Below are positions 15,710-25,413 of a DNA stretch of 64,000 nt, piece by piece. Both the position numbers and the translations under genes were made by a program. Position 1 is the first letter of the stretch. The number at the start of each line of letters is the position of its first letter. The stretch comes from an uncultured Chloroflexia bacterium (GTDB lineage Bacteria; Chloroflexota; Limnocylindria; Limnocylindrales; CSP1-4). The notes beneath the pieces are model-generated. The model was not told the origin of the DNA. It searched no databases and worked only from the letters and a program-made list of their open reading frames with translations. Location: NCBI GenBank assembly GCA_963732805.1, contig CAVTAW010000002.1, positions 446,444 to 510,443 of the forward strand, written 5' to 3'.

Positions 15710-18022
15710 GTGGCGCTCACCATGGCCAGGCCCATCCGTCGCCCGGGCAACCTGCCGGCTGAAGCGACGAGCTTCATCGGCCGTCGCCGTGAGCTTGCCG
15801 AGCTCAGGCAGAAGCTCACCACGGCCCGCCTGGTCAGCCTCGTCGGGCCGGGCGGTGTCGGCAAGACCCGTCTTGCGATCCGGATCGGGACCGATCTCAG
15901 ACGCGGCTTCCGGGACGGCACCTGGCTGGTGGAGCTCGCTGAGGTTCGGGATCCTGCGCTGATCGGCAACGCCACGCTGGCCTCCCTGGACCTGCGCGAC
16001 CAGGCCGCGACCGAGCCACGGGCCCTCCTGCTCTCGTACCTGCGGGACAAGGAGCTGTTGCTCGTGGTGGACAACTGCGAGCACTTGCTCGAGGCGGCCG
16101 CGCTGCTCGTGACCGATATCCTCAGGGCCGCGCCCGGCGTGCGGGTGATCGCCACCAGCCGGGAGCCGCTGTCGGTCCCGGGTGAGCACGTTCTGCCGAT
16201 CCCGCCGCTCGAGCTGCCTCGAGCCCAGGCCGACGAGTCCCTCGATCAGCTCCGCCAGAACGAGTCGGTCGAGCTCTTCACCGAGCGGGCTTCGGCAGCA
16301 TCGGGCAGGTTCGAGCTGACCGCCTCCAACCGGGCGGCGGTCGTGGACCTGTGCCGTCGGCTGGACGGTCTGCCGCTCGCGATCGAGCTCGCGGCGGTCA
16401 GGACGCGGGTCCTCTCGGTGGAGCAGATCCTCGATCGCCTGGCCGATCGGTTCGGGCTGCTCACGGGGGGAAGTCGCGCGGCTCTGCCGCGTCATCAGAC
16501 GCTGCGAACCACCATCGAATGGAGCTACGACCTGTTGGGGTCCGACGAGCGGACGCTCATGCGGCGGCTGTGCGTGTTCGCGGGCCGGTTCACGCTCGAG
16601 GACGTCGAGTCGGTGTGCACGTCCGACGGCGTGCCGGCGGCGCACGTCCTGGACGTGCTGTCATCGCTGGTCGACAAGTCGCTGGTGATGAAGCAGGACG
16701 CACCAGGTCTCGCCTGCTATCGACTGCACGAGACGATGCGCGAGTTTGCTCGACTCGAGCTGCGGGAGGCGGGCGAGGAGGAGCTCGTCGAGGAGGCGTT
16801 CGTCGACTACTACGTCTCGAGGTGTCCGCGACCTGCAGTCCGAGCTCGGCATGGGCTGGTCGAGTGGCTGGGATGGATCGACCTGGAGATCGACAACATC
16901 CGATCGGTCCTTCGGCGATGCCTCGTTCATGGCGACATCTCGCGCGGAATGGACCTCGCCGCATCCCTCCGCTTGTATTGGGCCACGCGAGCGACGACCG
17001 AAGGCGTGCGGTGGCTGGATGAGCTCCTCGCGACCGGGGGCGGTGATCCAGAGCCCCAGGCTCGGGCCCAGTACCTGCGTGGGTTCATGGCCGTGTTGCT
17101 GGTCGATCCGACCGCTGCCACACCGGCCCTCGAACGAGCGGCGGCGGCCGATCGAGCAGCCGGTCGCCTTCGCCCGCTGGCAACGTCGCTGTCGATGGCC
17201 TCGATCGCTGCCAACATGGCCGGGGATCGAGCTTCCGCCGTGCGCTTGCTCGATGAGGCTAAGGCCGTGACAGCGGGCGTAGATGACGTCACGGCTGCGC
17301 TCACGTTGCTGCTGGCTCGTTCGTTCGATGGCTTCTTCGAGGGCAACCTCGAGGCGGCAAGCTCCGCGTCCTCGGAGGGCGTGCGTCTCAGCCGAGAGGT
17401 GGAGGACCTCTATACGCTCAAGGTCTGGCTGCTGAACCTGGGCACGGTCGCCTTGATCGCCGGTGAGCTTGCCGCCTCAAAGCCCCTGCTCGCCGAGGCG
17501 CTGCGGATCGCCCAGCAGATCGATGACCGGGTGCAGCTGGCGTACTTGGTGGACGCATTGGGCTGCCATGCCGCCGGATCCGGGCAGGCGCGGCTCGCCG
17601 CGCAGCTGCTCGGAGCCGCGGATACCGTGCGCACGGGGACCGGTGCCAGCGTCATGCCATTCCTCGCTCCGCTGATGGGCCAAGCCAGAGCGTCGGCGAT
17701 CGCTGCGCTTGGCGCATCCAGGTTCGAGGCCGAGTTCAGGGCCGGCAGCCGATTGAGCCGGGACGCCGCCGTGCGGCTCGCGCTCGGCGAATCCGGCCAT
17801 GTTGCCGTCGCCGCATCGGACAGCACGGGCGCGGGGTTGCTCGCGAAGCGGGAGACGGAGGTCGCACGGCTGGTTGCCGACGGCCTGAGCAACAAGGAGA
17901 TCGGGGCCCGCCTGTTCATCTCCGAGCACACCGTCGACAGCCACGTCCGCAGCATCCTGAACAAGCTTGGGTGCAACTCGCGGGCCCAGATCGCCGCATG
18001 GATGACGTCGTCGAGCGAGTAG
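15710..18022 (+). CDS. large ATP-binding LuxR-family regulator (P-loop/NB-ARC-like + helical repeats + LuxR HTH)
   Basis: Walker A GPGGVGKTR, LDGLPLAIELAA, and C-terminal KRETEVARLVADGLSNKEIGARLFISEHTVDSHVRSILNKLG. GGAG lies 4 nt before GTG 15710. Confidence 0.85.
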   Translation: MALTMARPIRRPGNLPAEATSFIGRRRELAELRQKLTTARLVSLVGPGGVGKTRLAIRIGTDLRRGFRDGTWLVELAEVRDPALIGNATLASLDLRDQAATEPRALLLSYLRDKELLLVVDNCEHLLEAAALLVTDILRAAPGVRVIATSREPLSVPGEHVLPIPPLELPRAQADESLDQLRQNESVELFTERASAASGRFELTASNRAAVVDLCRRLDGLPLAIELAAVRTRVLSVEQILDRLADRFGLLTGGSRAALPRHQTLRTTIEWSYDLLGSDERTLMRRLCVFAGRFTLEDVESVCTSDGVPAAHVLDVLSSLVDKSLVMKQDAPGLACYRLHETMREFARLELREAGEEELVEEAFVDYYVSRCPRPAVRARHGLVEWLGWIDLEIDNIRSVLRRCLVHGDISRGMDLAASLRLYWATRATTEGVRWLDELLATGGGDPEPQARAQYLRGFMAVLLVDPTAATPALERAAAADRAAGRLRPLATSLSMASIAANMAGDRASAVRLLDEAKAVTAGVDDVTAALTLLLARSFDGFFEGNLEAASSASSEGVRLSREVEDLYTLKVWLLNLGTVALIAGELAASKPLLAEALRIAQQIDDRVQLAYLVDALGCHAAGSGQARLAAQLLGAADTVRTGTGASVMPFLAPLMGQARASAIAALGASRFEAEFRAGSRLSRDAAVRLALGESGHVAVAASDSTGAGLLAKRETEVARLVADGLSNKEIGARLFISEHTVDSHVRSILNKLGCNSRAQIAAWMTSSSE

Positions 18023-18176
18023 CGGACGCTGAAGTCGAGCGCAACAGGTCCCGGGTGGGGGCATCCCCCTGAACGGGATGGACCGCACGGCAGGGACTCC
18101 GTCGGCGGCCGACTCATCAACCGATCACGAATTCCATTGATGTCCGCACCGGGTTGACCTCCGTAGGCTGGCGAGC

Positions 18177-18419
18177 ATGACCAGGGAGCAACCGACACAA
18201 CGAGTCGAAGTCAGTTTCGTCGGCGCACCGCCGGCCCGGCAGATCGAGCGGGCGTCCGGCGTCAGCGACGTGGAAGTTGACGGCCGGACCGTGCGCTGCC
18301 TCGTGTGCGGCAGCTTCCAGCCCTTCCTCGAGGCCCTGCGTGGTCACGAGGTGGTCAGCCTCACCGCCAGTCCTGTTGCAGCTCGCGCCCAGGCAACCAC
18401 TACGGGAGATTCACAGTGA
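18177..18419 (+). pseudogene. stand-alone C-terminal (DUF4162-like) domain of an ABC-2-type ATPase; nucleotide-binding domain absent
   Basis: RVEVSFVGAPPARQIERASGVSDVEVDGRTVRCLVCGSFQPFLEALRGHEVVSL resembles the C-terminal domain of DrrA/NatA-type ATPases. In-frame stops lie just upstream. GTGA overlap with the next gene, so it may still be translated. Confidence 0.5.
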
Positions 18420-19168
18420 ATACGGGAACCGTTCACCTCGCACCGGGAACGGGGGCCAGGATCACGGGCGGCGTGTACCTCGCATACATCCTGGCTTCGA
18501 TCCTTGCCACCATGCTGGGGCAGATTGGGCTGGGCAGCGCGCCCCAGGTCTACGAGGCGATCGTCACGAACGAGGGGTCCTTCCGTTTGGCCCTCGTCGT
18601 CGCGTTGACTTCGGGGTTCCTCTTCCTCATGGTCGCCTGGGGTCTATACGTCCTGCTGCGCCAGGTCAACCGGAACCTGGCGCTGCTGTTCCTGCTGCTC
18701 AACGCCGTGGGTGTCGCCATCCAGGGCGCGAGCATGCTGGGCCTCGTCTCCGCGCTGCTGCAGGGTGATGCCTCCAGCCACATGCAGGCCTACTCGGCTG
18801 CACAGCTGGAGGGCCTGGCGTACCTGTCCATCAACGTCTACAAGGCGGGCTGGGTCACCGCCCAGCTGTTCTTCGCCACGTGGCTGTTCCCGCTCGGCTA
18901 CCTGGTCTACAAGTCCGGGTACCTTCCCCGGTTCCTGGGCGCCCTGCTCGTGCTTGACGGGATCGCCGTCCTGATCTGGTTCCTGCAAGCCCTGCTCCTG
19001 CCGGACTACCCCGCGATCCGCACCCCCGGGCTCGTCGTGAGCTTCGTCGCCGAAGTCGGGCTCGCATTGTGGCTCCTCGTGGTGGGCGTCAAGGTCGTCG
19101 GCCCCGGTGCAGGCGTACCAGCGGTGGGGCGGGACGCGAAACTGCAGGCCGAGGGGGCTCGGGGCTGA
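18416..19168 (+). CDS. DUF4386-family membrane protein (paralog 2)
   Basis: GGGAG SD precedes GTG 18416, in frame with ORF 18305..19168. ITGGVYLAYILASI...LYVLLRQVN...YKSGYLPRFLGALLVLDG. Confidence 0.7.
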   Translation: MNTGTVHLAPGTGARITGGVYLAYILASILATMLGQIGLGSAPQVYEAIVTNEGSFRLALVVALTSGFLFLMVAWGLYVLLRQVNRNLALLFLLLNAVGVAIQGASMLGLVSALLQGDASSHMQAYSAAQLEGLAYLSINVYKAGWVTAQLFFATWLFPLGYLVYKSGYLPRFLGALLVLDGIAVLIWFLQALLLPDYPAIRTPGLVVSFVAEVGLALWLLVVGVKVVGPGAGVPAVGRDAKLQAEGARG

Positions 19169-19266
19169 AGGCCGTCGACTGCTCCCGGTACGGACCGCGC
19201 GTTTTCAGTGCGCTTCGAGGCTCGGGGCGATGAGCCACCCCCATCGCGCCTCGATGCGCGACGTCT

Positions 19267-19908
19267 TCAGCGTCGGAACGTGAGGTGGATGGTGCCGCTC
19301 GGCGCGGTCTCCGTCTGGACCGCATATCCAGACTCGAGGCCCCGGAAGCCGTCCCACAGGCGGATGCCGCGTCCGAGCAGGATCGGCGCGATGGCGACGT
19401 GGAGCCGGTCGACGAGCCCAGCCCTGAGGAAATCACGGACCACCGTCGGGCCACCACCTACCCGCACGTCCTTGCCGTCGGCGGCCTCGAGCGCCCGTTC
19501 GAGCGCCTCCTCGGGCGCCCCGGAGAGGAAGTGGAAGATCGTTCCTCCAGCCATTTCGATGGACGGACGCTTCGTGTGGGTCAGCACGAACACCGGGACC
19601 CGGAACGGGGGCTCCTCGCCCCACCAGCCGCGCCATTCGGGGTCATCCGGGTGGGCGTGCAAGCCGAACATCCCTGCGCCCATGATCTCTGCCCCGATCT
19701 CGTCGAAGTACGCTTCCGCGTAATCGTCGTCGACGCCCGTCGTGCCCTCACCGGTTGGGTCATGCAGCACGCGGGCCCGGAACGTTCGGGTCGCGACGTA
19801 GGCGGAGACGAGACGGCCCCAGTCCTGGCCCATCGGGTCCTCGCGCGTCTGGTCAATCGTCGTCGCGAAGCCGTCGAGCGATATGTTCAGGTCGACCCGT
19901 ACCGCCAT
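19267..19908 (-). CDS. dihydrofolate-reductase-like (RibD C-terminal domain) family protein
   Basis: MAVRVDLNISLDGFATT...VFVLTH...VRVGGGPTVVRDFLRAGLVDRLHVAIAPILLGRGIRLW. Confidence 0.8.
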   Translation of the reverse strand: MAVRVDLNISLDGFATTIDQTREDPMGQDWGRLVSAYVATRTFRARVLHDPTGEGTTGVDDDYAEAYFDEIGAEIMGAGMFGLHAHPDDPEWRGWWGEEPPFRVPVFVLTHTKRPSIEMAGGTIFHFLSGAPEEALERALEAADGKDVRVGGGPTVVRDFLRAGLVDRLHVAIAPILLGRGIRLWDGFRGLESGYAVQTETAPSGTIHLTFRR

Positions 19909-20141
19909 CGATGGTCCCTCCGGAGCTTGCTAGCTCGCCACACGGTAGCGGAGGTAGACGACGCTCGAGCTGAAGGTGCGGGTCGCGACGAGTTCGAGAT
20001 CCACCCGGTCGGGTAGCCGCGGCCTTGTTCGTGAGCAACGTTGAGCCCCCTTGCATTCGCGGACACGGTGCGCGACCAACCGCCAGCGGGATCTGACGAG
20101 CGAGCGTCCGATCGGCCGATCGATCGCGTTCGGCGAGAGTA

Positions 20142-21461
20142 GTGTGGGATGTGTGGAGCGCCGGACGCCCGCGCCGGGTCGAAGGTCGTGGAGCAAGTAT
20201 TCCGACGGTGAAGGTTACGACGGAAGCGGCGCGTCGCTTTCTCGTCGCGCGGCAGTTCCTGTCGCCTGCGCGGACGCTCGCGGGTGGCCTCGACGGGGTG
20301 CTCGAGGTTTTCCGGAGGCTTGGCTCGCTCCAGTACGACCCGATCGCGGTCGCCGGCCGGAGCCACGACCTGGTGCTGCATGCGCGGGTGGACGGCTACG
20401 ACCCGGCCTGGTGCGACGACCTCTACGAGCGCCGCGAGATCTTCGAGGCCTATAACAAGGGGCTCTCATTCGTCCCGGCGCGCGAGTTCCCTTGGTTCCG
20501 CGGCAACCGCAGCCGGCGCGCCGCCCAGGTCCTCGCTGAGAACGCCGACGTCGCCGCACGTGTGCTCGAGCGGGTGCGCGCGGAGGGGCCGCTCTCGCTC
20601 GCTGACTTCGAGCGCGAGATCGGGCCCACGACCGACTGGTTCGGGACGCCGACGAACGCCGTCCGCGCGGTGCTCGAGGCGTACGCCGTCACCGGCGTCC
20701 TCGGGCTTGCCCGGCGCGACGGGAGCCGCCGCCACTACGACGTGATCGAACGGCTGCTTCCGGCCGACGTGCTCGCTCCCGACCCGCCGCTGCACGAGCA
20801 GCTCCTGCACAAGATGCTCTCGCGATACCGTGCCCATGGGCTGCTCGGCGTCAGCGGACCCGACATCTTCGGTGGCCTCGGTCCGGCCAAGCCGGACCCG
20901 CGCTGGCCCGGGTATCCGGGCCGCACCGCGCTGCGCGAGGAGCTCGTCGGGCGCGGGGATATCGTCGCCGTCCAGGTCGAGGGCGTCGGCAAGCGCTTCG
21001 TCCTCCGCGACGAGCTCCCGCTCCTGGAGGCGCCGCCCGACGCGGTGCCCTCCGTCGCATTCCTGTCCCCGTTCGATCCGGTCGTCTGGGACCGCAGGCT
21101 GCTCGGGGCACTGTTCGGCTTCGACTACGTCTGGGAGCTCTTCTTGCCGCCCGAGAAACGTCGCTGGGGCTGGTACGTGCTGCCCGTTGTCTTCGGCGAC
21201 CGGCTCGTGGGCCGGATCGAGCCGCGGATCGACCGCGAGGCCGGCCGCGTGGAAATGCTCGACGCCTGGTGGGAGGATGGATTCGCGCCCGGACGCGCCG
21301 ACGGCTTCGTCGATGCGATGCGCGACGCGCTCCGTGCCTACCTGCGCTTCGTGGGCGCCGGCAGCCTCGAGTGGGCGGCGCACCTTGCACCAGAGAAGCG
21401 GCTCTTCCCCGCTGGAGTACCTCCGTTCGGGCGGGGACGGACTCGTCGGCGGTCCGGCTAA
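20142..21461 (+). CDS. YcaQ-like (HTH_42 superfamily) DNA glycosylase, paralog 2
   Basis: 439 aa, collinear with 12540..13811. EAARRFLVARQFL...VFRRLGSLQYDPI carries a Q-Y-D motif. C-terminal RRWGWYVLPVVFGDRLVGRIEPRIDR. Confidence 0.85.
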   Translation: MWDVWSAGRPRRVEGRGASIPTVKVTTEAARRFLVARQFLSPARTLAGGLDGVLEVFRRLGSLQYDPIAVAGRSHDLVLHARVDGYDPAWCDDLYERREIFEAYNKGLSFVPAREFPWFRGNRSRRAAQVLAENADVAARVLERVRAEGPLSLADFEREIGPTTDWFGTPTNAVRAVLEAYAVTGVLGLARRDGSRRHYDVIERLLPADVLAPDPPLHEQLLHKMLSRYRAHGLLGVSGPDIFGGLGPAKPDPRWPGYPGRTALREELVGRGDIVAVQVEGVGKRFVLRDELPLLEAPPDAVPSVAFLSPFDPVVWDRRLLGALFGFDYVWELFLPPEKRRWGWYVLPVVFGDRLVGRIEPRIDREAGRVEMLDAWWEDGFAPGRADGFVDAMRDALRAYLRFVGAGSLEWAAHLAPEKRLFPAGVPPFGRGRTRRRSG

Positions 21462-21501
21462 GGCGCCGCGCCGGGGCCGTGACCGCCACTGATGCCGGCA
21501 G

Positions 21502-22237
21502 TCACTCCCAGCGGAACGTGCGGCTCGCGATCGCCCCGAGGGCGACCGTCAGAGCGGCCAGCACGACGAGCGGCAGGAGCTGCGGAGCCGCACCCACCCA
21601 TGCGTCCTGCAGTCCCTGGACGCCCGGCGGCGTGAACTCGCCGATCCGGATGAGCAGCTCGGGCAGGATCGCCCGCGGGACGTAGACGCCGCCCAGCAGC
21701 AGCACGACCATGAACGCCGGGACCCCGACGGCCGTGGCGACGCCGGCCGACGGCGCGACCGCGGCCAGCAGCAGCCCGATCGCCAGGAGGCCCGCCATCC
21801 CGAGGCCGAACGCGGCCACGAAGCCGATCGGATTTGCCGGGATCCGGATGTCGAACGCGAGGTTGCCGACGACGATCAGCAGGAGCACGCCGAGGGTCGC
21901 CGTCACCGAGTAGACGACGAGCTGGGCGATCAGCAGCCGCCTGGGGTGGACCGGCGTCGTCGAGAGGCGGCGCAGGATGCCTCTGCTCGCGGTAGTTCGT
22001 CAGGCGGACCGGCATGATCTGGAGGGCGAGGATCGCCATGGCGATCACGACCAGCGACGGGGCGAACACGTCGATGAACCGCAGGCCCCCGAACATCGGG
22101 TCCGGACGGTGAGGCGCGAGGATCACGCCGAAGACCAGCAGGATCGCGGTGGGCAGGAAGATCGACAGGATCCAGCTGATCGGGTCGCGCAGGAGAAGCC
22201 TCGTCTCGGCGACGATCAGGGCGCGCATCTCGTTCAT
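21502..22237 (-). pseudogene. ABC-2-type transporter permease, reading frame broken near 21980
   Basis: The N-terminal 86 codons (MNEMRALIVAETRLLLRDP...MPVRLTNYREQR) are in the frame of ORF 21458..22237. The continuation GILRRLSTTPVHPRRLLIAQLVVYSVTATLGVLLL...TFRWE is in the frame of ORF 21502..21906. The junction is minus-strand GAGCAGAGGCATCCTG (plus 21979-21982); one extra G would restore YREQRGILRRL. Confidence 0.8.
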
Positions 22238-23148
22238 GACAGCTCCTTTGCCGGGCGGGCCGTCAGGGCGAGGTACGCGTCGTCGAGGTTGGCCTGCTCG
22301 ACCCGAAGGCCGTCGGCCACGACCTGGCGCTGCGCCAGGACCGAGGTCACGGCGTGGATCAGGTTGCCGGTACCGGTCACGACGACGACGGGGCCCGCCC
22401 GCCTGACATCGTTCACCTCTGGCAGGTCGGTGAGCAGCCGATCATCGATCGGCGCCGACGGGCGGAAGCGGAGCGTCTGCTCGGCGTCGAGGCGGGAGAT
22501 GATCCCGGCGGGCGTGTCGATCGCGACGATCCGGCCACGGTCGATGATGGCGACGCGGTCGGCGAGGCGCTCCGCCTCCTCCATGAAGTGGGTGACGAGG
22601 AGCACGGTGACGCCCCGTTCGCGGATCGACTCGATGACCTGCCACGTCTCGCGGCGAGCCTGCGGGTCGAGGCCCGTCGTCAGCTCATCGAGGATCGCGA
22701 CCTTCGGCTTGCCGACGAGGGCAAGGGCGATCGAGAGGCGCTGCTTCTGACCGCCGGACAGATTCCGGTACTGCGTGTCGCGCTTCTCGGTCAGCCCAAG
22801 GTCGTCGATCAGCCGTGTCGGATCCTCCGGGTGGGCGTAGAAGGACGCGAACAGCCCGACCGCCTCGGCCGCGGTCATCCGCTCGGGCAGCTCGCTCTCC
22901 TGGAGCTGGACGCCGACGAGCGGACGGAGCCGGTCACGATCCTGCTGCGGGTCGAGCCGGAGGACACGAATCGTCCCGCCGTCGGGCTTGCGCAAACCGG
23001 CGATCGTTTCGACGGTCGTCGTCTTGCCCGCGCCATTCGGGCCGAGGATGCCGAAGATCTCGCCCTCCTCGACAGCGAAGGACACGCCGTCGACGGCCAC
23101 GTGACTGCCGTACTGCTTCCTGAGTTCGCTGACTTCGACGACATTCAT
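22234..23148 (-). CDS. ABC transporter ATP-binding protein (ABC-2/DrrA type)
   Basis: Walker A GPNGAGKTT, signature LSGGQKQR, Walker B ILDELTTGLD. GGAGG SD. ATGA-type overlap with the permease. Confidence 0.9.
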   Translation of the reverse strand: MNVVEVSELRKQYGSHVAVDGVSFAVEEGEIFGILGPNGAGKTTTVETIAGLRKPDGGTIRVLRLDPQQDRDRLRPLVGVQLQESELPERMTAAEAVGLFASFYAHPEDPTRLIDDLGLTEKRDTQYRNLSGGQKQRLSIALALVGKPKVAILDELTTGLDPQARRETWQVIESIRERGVTVLLVTHFMEEAERLADRVAIIDRGRIVAIDTPAGIISRLDAEQTLRFRPSAPIDDRLLTDLPEVNDVRRAGPVVVVTGTGNLIHAVTSVLAQRQVVADGLRVEQANLDDAYLALTARPAKELS

Positions 23149-23233
23149 GCTTCGACCTCCGTTCGGGTGGACAGGTTCAGTGAGTACCGCTCACCGTCAG
23201 TGCAGGCGCAGGCAAGTGGGCTGACCTCCCGAC

Positions 23234-24130
23234 CTAGTCCGATCGGACGACGATCACCACGTTGCCCTTCTTGTGCCCCTGCTCGACGAACTTGTGCGCT
23301 TCACGAATCGCCTCAAGCGGGTAGGTCCGATCGACTACTGCTCGCAGCGAGCCAGCCTCGAGCAGGTCGCGAATGCGCCAGAGGTCAGCCACGTGCTCCC
23401 TGGTGCTGGAGCGGACCGACACGAATCGACCCCCCGGAGCCAACAGCCGTTTGGCACGACCCGCCGCGCCCTTGCCGACCGCATCAACGATCACGTCGAA
23501 CCGGTCCGCGATCGTCGCGACGTCCTCCCGCGTGTAGTCGATGACTCGCTCCGCCCCAAGGGATCGCACGAGGTCCACATTCGTGGTGCTGGACACACCG
23601 GTGACGCGGGCGCCGAACCCCACGCCCAGCTGCACCGCATAGCTGCCCACGCTCCCGGACGCCCCGTAGACGAGGATCCGCCGTCCCGCGCCTCCGTCGG
23701 CGCCCGCGCGTCGGAGCAAGGTCAGTGCCGTCAACGACCCGATCGGGATCGGCGCGACCTCCTCGAAGCGGAGGCCGTTCGGAATCTCGGCGATGACTCC
23801 GTCGCCCGGGACGCAGATGGCCTCTGCGTACGCACCCGCCGTGAGTCCCGTCGTCGTGCCGAACACGCGGTCGCCGGGTCGGTAGCGGGATTCGTCCGCG
23901 CCGACCGCCGCGACGACGCCGGCGTACTCGTGACCCAGCATCCGCTTGCGACGGATCCCGAACAGGCGCGCCAGCAACGGCGGCATCTTGCGCAGGACGA
24001 CATCACCCTGGGTCACCGTGGTCGCATGGATCCGGACAAGAACCTCCCCAGCCTCTGGAGCCGGATCGGGGATGTCCCGGAGGACGAGCCCGCTCGTGGA
24101 GCCCGAACGCTCGAACAGGACGGCACGCAT
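23234..24130 (-). CDS. NAD(P)H-quinone oxidoreductase / zinc-type alcohol dehydrogenase (MDR) family
   Basis: The last 298 codons of ORF 23234..24964 read MRAVLFERSG...GHEYAGVV...VYGASGSVGSYAVQL. Confidence 0.85.
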   Translation of the reverse strand: MRAVLFERSGSTSGLVLRDIPDPAPEAGEVLVRIHATTVTQGDVVLRKMPPLLARLFGIRRKRMLGHEYAGVVAAVGADESRYRPGDRVFGTTTGLTAGAYAEAICVPGDGVIAEIPNGLRFEEVAPIPIGSLTALTLLRRAGADGGAGRRILVYGASGSVGSYAVQLGVGFGARVTGVSSTTNVDLVRSLGAERVIDYTREDVATIADRFDVIVDAVGKGAAGRAKRLLAPGGRFVSVRSSTREHVADLWRIRDLLEAGSLRAVVDRTYPLEAIREAHKFVEQGHKKGNVVIVVRSD

Positions 24131-24132
24131 GA

Positions 24133-25413
24133 TCAGTAGCCCTCCGAGCGATACGTGACGTTGCTCGGGAGGCCGGCCGGGCTCGACAGCCAGCTCTGGG
24201 CACCCGGATCCCCCGTCAGCTCCGCGCGAAGGAATGCCGTGACGAACGAACGCACCAACGCGTGCGCATCGGCCTTCGGCCACGCTGGATCGACACAGAA
24301 GGGCGTTGGGACGAGCACCAGCAGGCGGCGCGACCGCTCGCACGGCCCGGTGAACACCAGGTGCTCCGCGCCGATGAGACCCACTTCGACGCGTCGTGGG
24401 CCTGTCGTCTGCTCGAACGCCAGCTGCGTCCCCCACCTGAAGGGGGCGTCCTGGTCGGCTGTTCCCCCAACCGTGAGCACCGGGACGCGGACGTCGCCGA
24501 GGCCTCGCCCGGCGAACATGACCCCGTCTCCGGCGAGCGCGACAACCGCGTCGACCCGGGCGCTCCCCAACGAGGGCCAGAGCGTTGTGGGAACCGTGCC
24601 GATCCCGGCCCGGGACGCCATGTCGGCCAGGTGCGGACGGAGCGCGTCGCACAGGAAGGTCACCGGATCGGCGCCGGCCGCAGCGTTGTCGCAGGTGGTC
24701 TCGAACCCGGCCGTGTCGAGCCCCGCTCCTGCGCTCGCGAGCGCCGTGTACCCGCCGTAGGAGTGGCCGATGACGGCCACGGATTCGAGGTCGACCAGAC
24801 CCGACAGCCGGCCCGGTGGTGAGGTGTCGAGCGCGGCCAGCACGGCGAGGACGTCGGCGGGCCGATCGACGGTCGCCCGCCAGAGTCCGTCGGGGTCGAG
24901 CACCTCCCCATGATGGAGGGCGACGACGACGAAGCCATGCGACGCCAGGTGCTCGGCGAGCCACGCATAGGCTCCTGAGCCGATGGCGAAGCCCGGCGAG
25001 AGCAGGACCAGGGGCCGGGGCCCGATCGTGCGGTCAGCGGGTGCGTCACGCGACGCGCTGCCGACGTACGTCGAGAGGACGACGGACCCCATCGGCTCGC
25101 CGAGCTGGATCGCCAGCGAGTACGCGATCGAGGGAGCCGGCGACGCTGCGGCTGCGGCAGGGTACCAGGTCCGAGCGGCCGTCGACAGATGGTCGCCGGT
25201 CTCCAGCGTCGTGAAGCCGACCTGATACGGGCCGCGTCGCCCGTACGGGTCCTGCCGGGCCGCGGCCGGCCCGGCGGCGTGTGGGCCGTCGCCATACGCG
25301 AGGCCGAACGCGGTCACCTGGGCGCCAAGGCCCATCGTGACGACGAGTGCAACAAGCAGGCCGGCGGCGACGCGCCCGGCTCGCCGCCCGACGCGCCGGA
25401 GACGTCTCGTCAC
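24133..25413 (-). CDS. membrane-anchored/secreted alpha/beta hydrolase
   Basis: N-terminal hydrophobic segment, nucleophile elbow GHSYGG, late GAEH. GTG 25413 overlaps the stop of the upstream DUF4386 gene (GTGA). Confidence 0.75.
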   Translation of the reverse strand: MTRRLRRVGRRAGRVAAGLLVALVVTMGLGAQVTAFGLAYGDGPHAAGPAAARQDPYGRRGPYQVGFTTLETGDHLSTAARTWYPAAAAASPAPSIAYSLAIQLGEPMGSVVLSTYVGSASRDAPADRTIGPRPLVLLSPGFAIGSGAYAWLAEHLASHGFVVVALHHGEVLDPDGLWRATVDRPADVLAVLAALDTSPPGRLSGLVDLESVAVIGHSYGGYTALASAGAGLDTAGFETTCDNAAAGADPVTFLCDALRPHLADMASRAGIGTVPTTLWPSLGSARVDAVVALAGDGVMFAGRGLGDVRVPVLTVGGTADQDAPFRWGTQLAFEQTTGPRRVEVGLIGAEHLVFTGPCERSRRLLVLVPTPFCVDPAWPKADAHALVRSFVTAFLRAELTGDPGAQSWLSSPAGLPSNVTYRSEGY

